A stretch of DNA of 64,000 nucleotides from Parvularculales bacterium (GCA_036881865.1 JBAJNM010000005.1:3868-67867), one strand, 5' to 3'. Shown: positions 1-9,355, counted from the first letter of the stretch. Notes: a model not told the origin generated them from the sequence alone. Numbers and translations: made by a program.

Positions 1-527
1 GTGGTGCTGATGAGGGCAACATGGCGGGAGCGAAACGGTTTGACGGTGATAAGAGGGGTTGGGTGATGGGCGATATGTTGCGTTGCTTCCACAATAGTTC
101 GTGCACAAGCAAAAGGAATGAGTTTGATGGTTGCCAGTATTTGTCCGGCGCGAACCCGGGCATAAGGGGGAAGAGTTGCAAGGGTCATGGCTTCATCAAC
201 GCTGTTGAGTGTCTGTATCCGCTCAGGGTTGAGCAGGACGATGCCGTCGGTTTCAGAAAATATATTAGCCCGTCCGGTAAAACTTGTGTCCGTACGGGTC
301 AGGGGACCGGAAGCCGCTTGGGCTACGGTAGCGGCGGCTTCATTTTCAGGTACGTCATCTGCTTCCAGTTGGGCCACGCTTATCTGATTTATGCCGGACT
401 CTATCAGCAGTTGCACCGTGGCAGCCTCCAGAACCGTACCTTTTTTTAAGGTACGGTCACCAAGAGTCAGACTATGAGCTAAAATAGCACCCACGGATTG
501 ATCAGGGCTCAGGTCATGAAAAATCAC
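1..527 (-). CDS. molybdopterin-binding (MoeA/CinA-type) protein, 5' part only; the gene runs off the window edge
   Basis: Absent from the ORF track because there is no stop in the window. Hand translation of the minus strand from GTG at 527-525 gives VIFHDLSPDQSVGAILAHSLTLGDRTLKKGTVLEAATVQLLIESGINQISVAQLEADDVPENEAA...LIPFACARTIVEATQH. The GTG overlaps the TGA of the upstream xdhC-like ORF (GTGA). Position after xdhC fits Moco-maturation proteins. Confidence 0.5.
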   Translation of the reverse strand, partial: MIFHDLSPDQSVGAILAHSLTLGDRTLKKGTVLEAATVQLLIESGINQISVAQLEADDVPENEAAATVAQAASGPLTRTDTSFTGRANIFSETDGIVLLNPERIQTLNSVDEAMTLATLPPYARVRAGQILATIKLIPFACARTIVEATQHIAHHPTPLITVKPFRSRHVALIST

Positions 528-1252
528 GTCCGCAATACCTCCGTCATTTGCGCCAGAATGGAGATGGCAATTTCCGCAGGGCTACGCGCTCCCAGAGCCA
601 AACCCGCCGGACCACAAATACGCGCCAGAGCCTTATCATCATGTCCGGTCTTCTTTAAGCGCTCAAGACGGGCCTGATGAGTCTTCCGGCTACCGAGAGC
701 GGCAATATAAAAGCATTCTCCTCCAAGAGCCTGACTTAAGGCCGGGTCATCAAGTTTGGGGTCATGGGTTAAGGTCACCAAAGCGGTCCTGTGGTCAGGG
801 GCTACAGTTTTAAGAGCCTCGTCCGGCCATTCATTCATCAATCTGGAGTTGGGAAACCGCTCCTGCGTGGCAAAGGCTTCTCTGGGGTCAATAATAATGA
901 CCTCATAACCTGTCAGGGCCGCCATGGCACTTAAGGCTTGGGCAATATGAACTGCCCCAATAATGACAAGGCGCAAGGGCGGGTTAAGAGCCATGGTGAA
1001 CCATTGCCCACCGGTACTATCGGCGGTGAGAGCGGTATCGGTCTTCAGGGTTTGGGCGGCCTGAGTTGTTATCTCATTTATTTCTTTTGTTTCAGTAGGA
1101 TATATGAGTTTTTGGGTATGGTCGGTTAGATTCGTTGCCAACACCACAGGCCGTCCATGTTCCTTATCACTCACAATCTGCTTTAGTAAAGACCGTCTCA
1201 TGGGCAAGGAATCCGGCTTAGTCTTCCGTAACAGGCTCAATGTAAACTGCAA
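524..1252 (-). CDS. XdhC family Moco-insertion accessory protein (degenerate N domain plus Rossmann-like XdhC_C domain)
   Basis: 242-aa ORF. It contains LRLVIIGAVHIAQALSAMAALTGYEVIIIDPRE (Rossmann-like) and ALGSRKTH...GPAGLALGARSPAEIAISILAQM, typical of XdhC/CoxF-type proteins. An alternative start is ATG at 1201 (MRRSLLKQ). Confidence 0.8.
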   Translation of the reverse strand: MQFTLSLLRKTKPDSLPMRRSLLKQIVSDKEHGRPVVLATNLTDHTQKLIYPTETKEINEITTQAAQTLKTDTALTADSTGGQWFTMALNPPLRLVIIGAVHIAQALSAMAALTGYEVIIIDPREAFATQERFPNSRLMNEWPDEALKTVAPDHRTALVTLTHDPKLDDPALSQALGGECFYIAALGSRKTHQARLERLKKTGHDDKALARICGPAGLALGARSPAEIAISILAQMTEVLRT

Positions 1253-1565
1253 TCTGTCCGCCGCAGGCCAGTCCCACCGCCCAGGCAGCAGTATTGCTCA
1301 CGCCATAATCTTGTAAGACAGCTTTACCCGTTGACATGACCTCTTGAGCGCGGACGATAACGTCACCCTCAATGCAACCACCGGATACAGAGCCAACAAA
1401 GGAACCATCATCCCGCACCGCCAACTGACTACCTGCAGGACAAGGTGCTGACCCCCACGTCCGGGTCACCGTAGCAAGAGCTACGCGGTGGCCTTCCTCC
1501 AACCAGTCAAGAACTGCCCGCAAAGGTTCCTGTTGAGGATCAGGAGAATGGTGGCCAGAAACCAT
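1218..1565 (-). CDS. XdhC/CoxI N-terminal-domain protein (short form)
   Basis: 115-aa ORF with LDWLEEGHRVALATVTRTWGSAPCPAGSQLAV...GSVSGGCIEGDV, the XdhC_CoxI N-domain pattern. It overlaps the next xdhC ORF. Confidence 0.75.
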   Translation of the reverse strand: MVSGHHSPDPQQEPLRAVLDWLEEGHRVALATVTRTWGSAPCPAGSQLAVRDDGSFVGSVSGGCIEGDVIVRAQEVMSTGKAVLQDYGVSNTAAWAVGLACGGQIAVYIEPVTED

Positions 1566-1573
1566 AGAGACGT

Positions 1574-2371
1574 TTACAAAGTTGCCGCTACGGCCCGTTT
1601 CGCCATAACAGTGATCAGATGAGCACGATAGGTGGCATCTCCATGTATATCTGCCGTCATCAGGTCAGGAGATGGAGTAAGAGTAGCCACGACCTCCGGC
1701 GACCAGTTTGCAGTCAGCGCCTGCTCCATATCATGAGCGCGAAAAACACCATCAGCACCGGCTCCTGTTACTGCTACCCGAACGCCATCCGGTCCTTGTG
1801 CTACAAAAACACCGGCCATGGCATAGCGGGAAGCAGGGTTGGGAAATTTCATATAGGCTGCCCGTGCGGGGTGAGGAAAGGTGACATGAGTGATGATTTC
1901 ATTGTCTTCCAGAGCGGTTTCAAACAGGCCGGTGAAGAATTCACCGGCATCGATGATGCGGTGGTTGGTATGGATTTTAGCATCCAGCGCGAGACACGCT
2001 GCGGGGTAATCTGCGGCGGGGTCGTTGTTGGCGATAGAGCCTCCCAATGTCCCTTTGTTACGCACATGGGGATCTCCGATATGAGTTACCAATTCTGCCA
2101 GCGCTGGTTGAAGACGCTGAACCTCTGCGTGGGTTGCAACATCGTTATGGCGCGCACATGCTCCAATCACGAGAGCCTCTCCTTCGGCACGGATGGTTTC
2201 AAGTTCAGCAATCCGGCCTATATCAATGAGGCATTCGGGAGCCGCCAGACGTTGCTTCAAGGTGGGAATAAGCGTTTGCCCTCCGGCCAGCAGTTTGCTC
2301 TCCGGCGTTTCCGCTAACAAACGCACTGCCTCCTCAAGAGATGTAGCGCGACGATAAGAAAACCCATACAT
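1574..2371 (-). CDS. coxM: molybdo-hydroxylase medium (FAD-binding) subunit, CoxM/XdhB-like
   Basis: The track ORF is 1574..2464. I trimmed it to ATG at 2371 (MYGFSYRRATSLEEAVRLL), 4 nt after the coxS stop. It has LLAGGQTLIP and GTLGGSIANNDPAADYP FAD-binding motifs. Confidence 0.85.
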   Translation of the reverse strand: MYGFSYRRATSLEEAVRLLAETPESKLLAGGQTLIPTLKQRLAAPECLIDIGRIAELETIRAEGEALVIGACARHNDVATHAEVQRLQPALAELVTHIGDPHVRNKGTLGGSIANNDPAADYPAACLALDAKIHTNHRIIDAGEFFTGLFETALEDNEIITHVTFPHPARAAYMKFPNPASRYAMAGVFVAQGPDGVRVAVTGAGADGVFRAHDMEQALTANWSPEVVATLTPSPDLMTADIHGDATYRAHLITVMAKRAVAATL

Positions 2372-2375
2372 GAGA

Positions 2376-2843
2376 TTATACCGCTTTACTTTTAGCCGCC
2401 GCCTCAATGGCATCAACGATATTGTGGTAGCCGGTGCAGCGGCATAAGTTACCTTCCAGTTCACGGCGTATGGTGTCGCGGTCGCAATCAGGAATACGGC
2501 GAATAATATCTATTGCCGTCATAATCATGCCGGGTGTGCAAAAACCGCACTGTAAGCCATGATGCTCTCTAAAAGCCGCCTGAACCGGGTGCAATGTACC
2601 ATCATCTTGTGTCAGACCTTCTATGGTGACAACATCGCAACCTTCCGCCTGTGCAGCCAACATGGTGCAGGATTTTACCGCGCAGCCATCTACATGAACA
2701 ACACAAGCTCCGCATTGACTCGTATCGCACCCGACGTGGGTTCCTGTCAATTTTAGCCGCTCTCTGATATAGTTAACCAGTAGGGTGCGCTCTTCAACAT
2801 CTGCTTTAACGGGGTCGCCGTTGATGGTCATGGAGACAATCAT
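2376..2843 (-). CDS. coxS: molybdo-hydroxylase small (2x[2Fe-2S]) subunit, CoxS-like
   Basis: 155-aa ORF with [12 protein letters not shown] and [10 protein letters not shown]...LCRCTGY cysteine motifs. Confidence 0.92.
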   Translation of the reverse strand: MIVSMTINGDPVKADVEERTLLVNYIRERLKLTGTHVGCDTSQCGACVVHVDGCAVKSCTMLAAQAEGCDVVTIEGLTQDDGTLHPVQAAFREHHGLQCGFCTPGMIMTAIDIIRRIPDCDRDTIRRELEGNLCRCTGYHNIVDAIEAAAKSKAV

Positions 2844-2877
2844 GGGTTACCTTATTGTTTATGTTCTTTTGTAGGCC

Positions 2878-3432
2878 TCAATCTGTAATAATATAGGTTA
2901 TGCCTAACAGCGCAAGTGCTACGGCGGGTCCCCATATCCATGGAGAAAGGCCGGATGGCGTTGAAGTGTTGCTATCGGGCGTTGCCTGAGATGACCCTCC
3001 CATCAGCTGATTAAAATTTTCAAAGAAAGCAGTGGACATCTTGGCCGCTGCACTATCTATAAAGCGCTGGCCAATCTGCGCCAGTTTACCACCCACAGTG
3101 GCATTGACCTGATAGGTGAGCAGGGTGTGAGAACCATCCTCAACAAGGCGTATTGTCGCCGAACCCTGAGCAAACCCTGCAGAGCCGCCTTCACCTTTAC
3201 CTGTCAGGGTGTAGCCGTTAGGCGGGTCAATATCAGACAGGCTAACGGTGCCCCGAAATCTGGCATTAACCGGTCCTATTTTTACACGGGCTATGGCTGA
3301 AAATTCCGTATCGCTTGTGCGTGCTACCGATTCAGCGCCCGGGATAATCTGTCGGAGAACCTCAGGGTCATTGAGCGCATCCCAGACAGATTGACGCTCG
3401 GCGGGGAGGCGGTATTCACCGGATAAATCCAT
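2878..3432 (-). CDS. coxG: CoxG-like SRPBCC protein with a C-terminal transmembrane anchor
   Basis: 184-aa ORF. The N-terminal part (MDLSGEYRLPAERQSVWDALNDPEVLRQIIPGAESV...) fits the CoxG/SRPBCC pattern. The hydrophobic tail is LSPWIWGPAVALALLGITYIITD. Confidence 0.8.
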   Translation of the reverse strand: MDLSGEYRLPAERQSVWDALNDPEVLRQIIPGAESVARTSDTEFSAIARVKIGPVNARFRGTVSLSDIDPPNGYTLTGKGEGGSAGFAQGSATIRLVEDGSHTLLTYQVNATVGGKLAQIGQRFIDSAAAKMSTAFFENFNQLMGGSSQATPDSNTSTPSGLSPWIWGPAVALALLGITYIITD

Positions 3433-3450
3433 GAGGAGAGTGCCTTTCTG

Positions 3451-5148
3451 TTAGAGAGCATTAAGCGCAAGGGTAGCGGTTAGCAACAATGCTATAATAA
3501 GCACCATAAAACCAGGCCGCCACGTGCGGGCAAAACTACCGTTAGAGCCAAGTATGGAATGGTAAATAGTCTGATTCAAGGTCTCGACTCTTTTTGTCAC
3601 CCTTTGCGTTATCCCTGCAAGGGAAGCGGAGGTTTGTCCGTAGCGCACACGTCTTATAAACCCGGGGATGAGGCGGCGGTAAAGCCAATCGCTATCCAGA
3701 TTAACTGAGCGCAACTCAGGCGGATAAAGCCCCATCTTCATCAACACACCAAACGCCAGTGCCGAAAAGAGCAAGAGTTGCATCTGGGCTATCACATGGT
3801 CTGTCGTGTAAGGGTGATAATCTACCGGGTAAGGCAGAAGAGCATAAAGAGGGTCAGGAAAAACACCGATAGCTATACATAAGGCAGCCGTTAATCCCAT
3901 AGCCAGTAGCATATTCCATGGGGCTTCCTTGCACCGGATTCCGCTATCGTGGGCGAAGAAAGCAACGTAAGGAATTTTGATGCCCACCTTCATCAATGCG
4001 CCGGCGGAAGCAAACAATAAAACAAACCAGACCCAGACGTAATGATTGTCTGCGGTAGCACTTAAAATCAAACTCTTGGCAATGAAGCCTGAGAATAAAG
4101 GGAAGGCTGAAATAGAGGCGGCTCCTATGATGCAAAACACCATGGTCCAGGGCATGGACTTATAAAGCCCACCAAGTTCCGAACCTTTTGTTGTCCCTGC
4201 CCGAAACAACACCGCGCCCATGCTCATGAACAACAGCGATTTGTAGAGAATATGACAGAAGGCGTGAGCGGCGGTTCCATTGAGGGCGAGGGGAGTGCCG
4301 ATACCGATGCCAACCACCATAAATCCCAACTGATTATTGAGGCTATAGGCGAGTACCCGCCGCAGGTCATTTTCAATGACGGCATAAAAGATAGGAAAGA
4401 GCGCCATGATGGCGCCGATATAAATGAGCGCTTCCGTTCCCGGAAAAGTCCGCGCTAAAGCATAGACGGCCAGTTTGGTTGTGAAGGAAGATAATGTAAC
4501 CGCGCCGGTAGCTGTGCTGGCGGGGTAGGCATCCTGAAGCCAGTTATGGAGCAGGGGAAAGGCACATTTAATACCAAACGCAAAGAAGATGAAAAGAGCA
4601 CCCGGTGCGGCGAGGTCTAACCGGTCAAAAGAGATAGAGCCGGTAGAGCGTAAATAAAGCGCAGCCCCGGCCAACAAAAGAACACCGGAGGTTATTTGTA
4701 TAACAAGATAGCGCAGGCCGGTGTAGTATGCTCCGGGTGTGCGTCGCGCCCATACGAGAAAAGCCGAGGCAACGGCTGTTATCTCCCAGAAGATAAAGAG
4801 CGTTATCAGGTCACCTGCAAAGACAGCCCCAATTGTAGCCCCCGCATAAAGCAGGGTTGTAATATGCTCGACACTATCGCGCACATGCCAGGCGAATATG
4901 ATAGACAAGAACGCCGCAAGAGAGAAAATCAACCCAAACATCTGGCTAAGCGCATCAACCCGCATCAAAATGAGGTTTTGACCCATGAACGGAACGACTC
5001 CATACGTATCCGGCGTTATAGTCCAGAAATGCACCGCCGCGATCACCGGTATGGAGAGCATAAAAAGAGAACGCAGACTCCCTTTGGGAATAAACAGTGT
5101 TAAGGCTGCCCCCAGAATATAAATGAGTGCGGGGTTAAACTCCGTCAT
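3451..5148 (-). CDS. NuoL/MrpA-N-like proton-conducting antiporter subunit with a C-terminal lateral helix and terminal TM
   Basis: 565-aa polytopic ORF of the NuoL/M/N-MrpA/D family. The C-terminus has an amphipathic stretch (RRLIPGFIRRVRYGQTSASLAGITQRVTKRVETLNQTIYHSILG) followed by a TM (FMVLIIALLLTATLALNAL). Confidence 0.8.
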   Translation of the reverse strand: MTEFNPALIYILGAALTLFIPKGSLRSLFMLSIPVIAAVHFWTITPDTYGVVPFMGQNLILMRVDALSQMFGLIFSLAAFLSIIFAWHVRDSVEHITTLLYAGATIGAVFAGDLITLFIFWEITAVASAFLVWARRTPGAYYTGLRYLVIQITSGVLLLAGAALYLRSTGSISFDRLDLAAPGALFIFFAFGIKCAFPLLHNWLQDAYPASTATGAVTLSSFTTKLAVYALARTFPGTEALIYIGAIMALFPIFYAVIENDLRRVLAYSLNNQLGFMVVGIGIGTPLALNGTAAHAFCHILYKSLLFMSMGAVLFRAGTTKGSELGGLYKSMPWTMVFCIIGAASISAFPLFSGFIAKSLILSATADNHYVWVWFVLLFASAGALMKVGIKIPYVAFFAHDSGIRCKEAPWNMLLAMGLTAALCIAIGVFPDPLYALLPYPVDYHPYTTDHVIAQMQLLLFSALAFGVLMKMGLYPPELRSVNLDSDWLYRRLIPGFIRRVRYGQTSASLAGITQRVTKRVETLNQTIYHSILGSNGSFARTWRPGFMVLIIALLLTATLALNAL

Positions 5149-5495
5149 GGGGTGTTATCTCTCAAAGGGTTTTCCGGCTCTTCCGTATCTGTTGTGTATG
5201 GGTGGTAATAATCTTCAGGCCGCTTTAGGATGCGCCGTAAAAATTTGGACACCAGCACCAATAAGATGCACATGATAAAACCGAAAAGGCCGTAAAACCC
5301 TATGACGGATTCTATGGCGTAGTGCCCATGGAGGCTGGCAACATATCCGGCGATGACAAATCCGATGGCAATAACAAACAAACCGTACAGTATACGGTCC
5401 GGTGTTTTTTTATGGTCAATCCACAAGAGTTTGCGGCTCAACCATGGCAGGGAGGATGTATCTTTTGAGGAAGGAGCAGGCGTGTTGTGGGTCAT
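5145..5495 (-). CDS. small two-TM membrane protein of unknown function, embedded in the Mrp cluster
   Basis: 116-aa ORF. Its stop overlaps the next gene's start (ATGA-type 4-nt overlap). Two hydrophobic helices: ILYGLFVIAIGFVIAGYVA and FYGLFGFIMCILLVLVSKF. Confidence 0.6.
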   Translation of the reverse strand: MTHNTPAPSSKDTSSLPWLSRKLLWIDHKKTPDRILYGLFVIAIGFVIAGYVASLHGHYAIESVIGFYGLFGFIMCILLVLVSKFLRRILKRPEDYYHPYTTDTEEPENPLRDNTP

Positions 5496-5503
5496 CTGAA
5501 TGC

Positions 5504-6976
5504 TTATTGCGGAACCGTTTCAGGGATTAAAATAGGGGCGAGAAAAGTTTCAATATCGTGTGCGTAAAAGAAGAGAGCAAAACAGCCAAGAGCGGTTAAG
5601 CACAAAGGGACAACGCAAAACAAAGGTGCTTCTTTTATGCCGGAGGTTTGAAGTTTTTCAGGAGCGGGCATGAAAAACGCTCTTGCCACAGGCATAATAA
5701 GATAAGCGGCGTTGAGCACTGAACTGATGACAAGCACTAAAATAACGACGATATGATAGCCCTCGGCTGCTCCTTCCAGTAGACGCCATTTGACCAGTGC
5801 TCCTCCCAGAGGTGGGATGCCGGTCACGCTAAGAGCACCGATGAAAAATGCCGCAAAAGTAAACGGCATAACCCGCCCAAGGCCCGCGAGCTTGTCGACT
5901 TCGTTTTCATGGGAGGCTACATAGATAGCCCCCGCGCTCATAAATAGAGTGATTTTGCCCATAGCATGCATGGCGATTTGCATAGCTGCTCCTAGAACAG
6001 CAAGAGGACTTGCCAGTGCCATGCCAAGGGTCACATAAGCCAATTGGCTAACGGTGGAATAGGCGAGCCGGGCTTTGAGATTGTTTTTGGTTAAAGCGAT
6101 GAGGGAGGCAATCAGAATAGAGGCGCATGCAACCCAGATCAGCCATTGAGAGGCTCCGGTTTGTTGTAAAAACTCTAACCCAAAAATATAAACACCCACT
6201 TTGAGTATGGTGAAGACACCGGCTTTAACGACGGCTACTGCATGAAGCAGGGCGCTGACAGGTGTTGGGGCTACCATGGCAGACGGTAACCAGCGGTGGA
6301 AGGGCATAAGAGCTGCCTTGCCGATGCCAAAGGCATAAAGGCCAAGTAGCAGAGCTACAAACGGTCCGTCTATGGAGTCATGTAAAATACCTCCATTGGT
6401 GAAGTTCAGCGTGCCGGTAATAAGCCATGTCCAAATAATGGCGACCAGTTGAAAGCAGATACTGGTACCAAGCAGTAAAATAAGATACGTACGCCCCCCC
6501 TTGCGTGCCTCTTCCGTTCCTTTGTGAGTAACAAGAGGCCAGGTCGAAAGGGTTAAGGTTTCGTAAAACAAAAACAACGTCAACATATCAGCAGCAAAGG
6601 CAATCCCCATAGCGCTGCCAATGGCAATAGCAAAGCAAATATAAAAACGCGTCTGGTGAGTTTCATGAGTGCCACGCATGTAACCGATGGAATAAAGAGA
6701 GTTGACAATCCATAAGCCGCTGGCAACAACAGCAAACAACATGCCAAGAGGTTCTACGGAAAACCGCAAAGCAAAATCCGGCGTAAGGGTAACCAGCACA
6801 AGAGATGCTCTTGTTTCGGCAGCGCCGGCATTGAGTAGCCAGAGAACCGTTGCAAACAAGGCGCAGGCCGCAAACAGAGTGATGGCCTCTCGTACGTTGG
6901 GATGTCGGCCCGTAAGGCCGATAAACACAGCAGCCCCCAGAGGGATGCCAAGAGTAAGCCACAAAGCAACAGTCAT
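5504..6976 (-). CDS. mrpD: MrpD/NuoM/N-like antiporter subunit
   Basis: 490-aa polytopic ORF with the family pattern (WLPSAMVAPTPVSALLHAVAVVKAG). It has a 4-nt overlap with the upstream gene. Confidence 0.85.
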   Translation of the reverse strand: MTVALWLTLGIPLGAAVFIGLTGRHPNVREAITLFAACALFATVLWLLNAGAAETRASLVLVTLTPDFALRFSVEPLGMLFAVVASGLWIVNSLYSIGYMRGTHETHQTRFYICFAIAIGSAMGIAFAADMLTLFLFYETLTLSTWPLVTHKGTEEARKGGRTYLILLLGTSICFQLVAIIWTWLITGTLNFTNGGILHDSIDGPFVALLLGLYAFGIGKAALMPFHRWLPSAMVAPTPVSALLHAVAVVKAGVFTILKVGVYIFGLEFLQQTGASQWLIWVACASILIASLIALTKNNLKARLAYSTVSQLAYVTLGMALASPLAVLGAAMQIAMHAMGKITLFMSAGAIYVASHENEVDKLAGLGRVMPFTFAAFFIGALSVTGIPPLGGALVKWRLLEGAAEGYHIVVILVLVISSVLNAAYLIMPVARAFFMPAPEKLQTSGIKEAPLFCVVPLCLTALGCFALFFYAHDIETFLAPILIPETVPQ

Positions 6977-8496
6977 GGTTGAAGGCTTTCAATAGCAGGG
7001 GAGAGGTCTGTCATCAGAGCTACGGTTGCTTGTCGGGCCGCTTCAACAGGAAATGTTCCGTCAAGACCAAACCATATATTAGCGAGGGCAAGAATAAATG
7101 TCGGCATGAGCAAACTGAAAGGTGCTTCCTTTACGGGAGGTGCATTGTCCGGCGCCTGACCAAACCATGCGGCTTCTACAATGCGGCCAACATAACCAAG
7201 GGCTATCAGAGATGATAAGCCAATAGCAAACACCAAAGGCCATGCTCCGCTATTGAGCGTAGCCTCAATCAAATACCATTTGCTGATAAACCCCGCTGTT
7301 AGGGGAACACCAATAAGGCTCAAGCCTCCCACAATAAATGCAGCCATAGTCCAGGGCATAGAACGTCCGGCACCGGAGATGCTTTCCAGGGTTACAACTC
7401 CCAGCCGGTAGACAAGACATCCTGTGGCTAAAAACAAAGTGCCCTTCATGAGAGCGTGATTAAAAAGATGCAAAATAGCCGCTGTGAGGCCCGCAGGTGT
7501 GGCAAGGGCAATGCCAAGCAGGATATAGCCAATTTGTGCAATACTGGAATAAGCCAGCATGCGCTTTATGTTGGTTTGGAAAAAAGCAACGGCTGACATA
7601 ATCACCATGGCGACGATGGCCAATGATCCCAGCATGACATCAAGAGGGATGGTGATAAAAGAAAAGTCAATTCCAAAAACATTAAGGATAAAACGTAGCA
7701 GCACATAAAGGGCGGCTTTTGTTGCGGTAGCCGCAAGAAAGGCGGAGACGGCAGAGGGCGCATAGGCATAAGCATTAGGTAGCCAGCCATGAAGGGGAAA
7801 GATGGCCACTTTAAGTCCTAACCCTATAACAATGAAGGCGAAAGCTACGCTGATTGTACGGGTTTGAGTGGTCTCAGGAATTAAAAGCGCAAGGTCGGTA
7901 AGGTTCAGGGTTCCGGTTACAGCATATAGAAAACCAATACCAATAACGAAAAAAGTAGTCCCTACCGTACCTAATATAAGATAATTATAGGTGGCGGTTA
8001 GAGCTCGTCGGTTATTTTTTTCACCGGTAGCAATCAGGATGTAGGTGGAGAGGGATGAAATCTCTAAAAAAACGAAAATGTTAAAAGCATCTCCCGTGAT
8101 GACAACACCCAGCAAACCCGCCAGACATAAGAGAAAACAAGTATAGAAAAGAGGGCGTTGTCGGGCGGCGATTTCTTGCTCGACACTGCGTCGCGCCCAC
8201 AGAACGATAGGCAGACTTACACCGGAAATTAAGAGCAAGATGAGGGCGTTCATGGCATCTATGCGATATTCAATACCCCAGGGCGGAGCCCACCCGCCCA
8301 TGTCGTAATGAATGGGACCGTTCTCAATGACGGAAATATACAAAAGGATAGAAATAACAAACGCAGCAAAACTGGCAAGGAGAGTAATAAACCACGGTCC
8401 TCGTCCGCGCCCTAGCAGCGCACTAAGAGGCGCGGTAGCAAGGGGAAGCAATACCTGCATGATGGGCAGGTGAGACCATAAAGCCGCGCTTACCAT
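6973..8496 (-). CDS. mrpD: MrpD/NuoM/N-like antiporter subunit
   Basis: 507-aa polytopic ORF containing HGWLPNAYAYAPSAVSAFLAATATKAALY. It overlaps mrpC. Confidence 0.85.
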   Translation of the reverse strand: MVSAALWSHLPIMQVLLPLATAPLSALLGRGRGPWFITLLASFAAFVISILLYISVIENGPIHYDMGGWAPPWGIEYRIDAMNALILLLISGVSLPIVLWARRSVEQEIAARQRPLFYTCFLLCLAGLLGVVITGDAFNIFVFLEISSLSTYILIATGEKNNRRALTATYNYLILGTVGTTFFVIGIGFLYAVTGTLNLTDLALLIPETTQTRTISVAFAFIVIGLGLKVAIFPLHGWLPNAYAYAPSAVSAFLAATATKAALYVLLRFILNVFGIDFSFITIPLDVMLGSLAIVAMVIMSAVAFFQTNIKRMLAYSSIAQIGYILLGIALATPAGLTAAILHLFNHALMKGTLFLATGCLVYRLGVVTLESISGAGRSMPWTMAAFIVGGLSLIGVPLTAGFISKWYLIEATLNSGAWPLVFAIGLSSLIALGYVGRIVEAAWFGQAPDNAPPVKEAPFSLLMPTFILALANIWFGLDGTFPVEAARQATVALMTDLSPAIESLQP

Positions 8497-8921
8497 CGGG
8501 TCGTATCGCGGGCTTCTTCCGCATCCATGGCGTGTTCAATGACCAAAATCTCATCTTCTTCGATGGTGCCGTATTCCTCGCGAATACGTACCACAAGCGC
8601 TAACCCCAGAGCGGTTATTGAAATACCGACAACAATGGCCGTCAGGATCAACACATGGGGCAGGGGATTGGAGTAAATCTCACCTCCATTGTCAGTCAAA
8701 ATAGGTACGGTGCCTCCGCTCACTTTACCCACGGATATGTAAAGCAAAAACATGGAGGTCTGAAATAAAGTAAGTCCGACAATTTTTTTAATAAGATTGC
8801 CATGAGCGGCAATTACATAAATACCGACCATCATCAGAACGATAATCATCCAATAATTGTAATGAGCCATGATATAGGTGATGAGGGTATCTGACATTTC
8901 TATAACCGCCATTTCTACCAT
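8490..8921 (-). CDS. mrpC: MrpC/MnhC (NuoK-like) subunit with an acidic C-terminal extension
   Basis: 143-aa ORF with three TM segments (GLTLFQTSMFLLYISVG..., PLPHVLILTAIVVGISITALGLALV). An alternative start is MSDTLITY at 8897. Confidence 0.8.
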   Translation of the reverse strand: MVEMAVIEMSDTLITYIMAHYNYWMIIVLMMVGIYVIAAHGNLIKKIVGLTLFQTSMFLLYISVGKVSGGTVPILTDNGGEIYSNPLPHVLILTAIVVGISITALGLALVVRIREEYGTIEEDEILVIEHAMDAEEARDTTRW

Positions 8922-9355
8922 TCTTCGTCAGGGAGGTGACGTGTGCGTGCGGCGAAAAACAGGTAACAGGCAATCATCACGGCTGTGACAGTTATGCCAA
9001 CGCCGAGTTCTATGATCAGAATACCAATATGCTGACCGGCCTGGGGGTTGGTAGCCAGAACGGAATAATCTAAAAATGTGCCTCCTGCTATCATGGATGC
9101 AACACCAACGGCCATATAAAGCAGAACACCGCAAGAGGCTACGGCCACGATTAGCCATTGAGGCATGAGCCGTTGAGCATTTTCAATACCGAAAATCAGC
9201 CCATAGAGGATAAACCCGGCGCCAAAAATGACACCGGCCTGAAAGCCACCGCCCGGTCCATAATCGCCGTGGAATTGTACATAAAGAGCAAACAGCAGAA
9301 TGGGGGGAATGAGAAGCTTAGCAACCACCCTGAGGATAAGATGATGGTGCATCAT
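8915..9355 (-). CDS. mrpB: MrpB/MnhB-domain subunit
   Basis: 146-aa ORF with HGDYGPGGGFQAGVIFGAGFILY, the MnhB hallmark. Confidence 0.8.
   Translation of the reverse strand: MMHHHLILRVVAKLLIPPILLFALYVQFHGDYGPGGGFQAGVIFGAGFILYGLIFGIENAQRLMPQWLIVAVASCGVLLYMAVGVASMIAGGTFLDYSVLATNPQAGQHIGILIIELGVGITVTAVMIACYLFFAARTRHLPDEEW

Noticed and set aside
21-449. Plus-strand ORFs 21..449 and 187..387 at the window start
   Set aside because: The opposite strand reads as a coherent molybdopterin-binding protein that is translationally coupled (GTGA) to xdhC. The plus-strand ORFs are shadow ORFs.
1218-1252. Possible frameshifted single xdhC gene, because two overlapping XdhC ORFs are present
   Set aside because: The short ORF is a complete XdhC_CoxI N-domain protein, and the long ORF has its own N-domain-like start (MRRSLLKQIVSDKEHGRPVVLATNL). 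A short-plus-long xdhC pair looks like a genuine two-gene arrangement, not a pseudogene.
1619-2317. 232-aa plus-strand ORF, and similar long antisense ORFs elsewhere (15815..16315, 20656..21033, 22170..22598, 23752..24261, 26127..26585, 35228..35752, 42750..43136, 57956..58426, 61999..62403)
   Set aside because: Each lies entirely inside a well-supported gene on the other strand and has low-complexity or Arg/Cys-rich composition typical of shadow frames.
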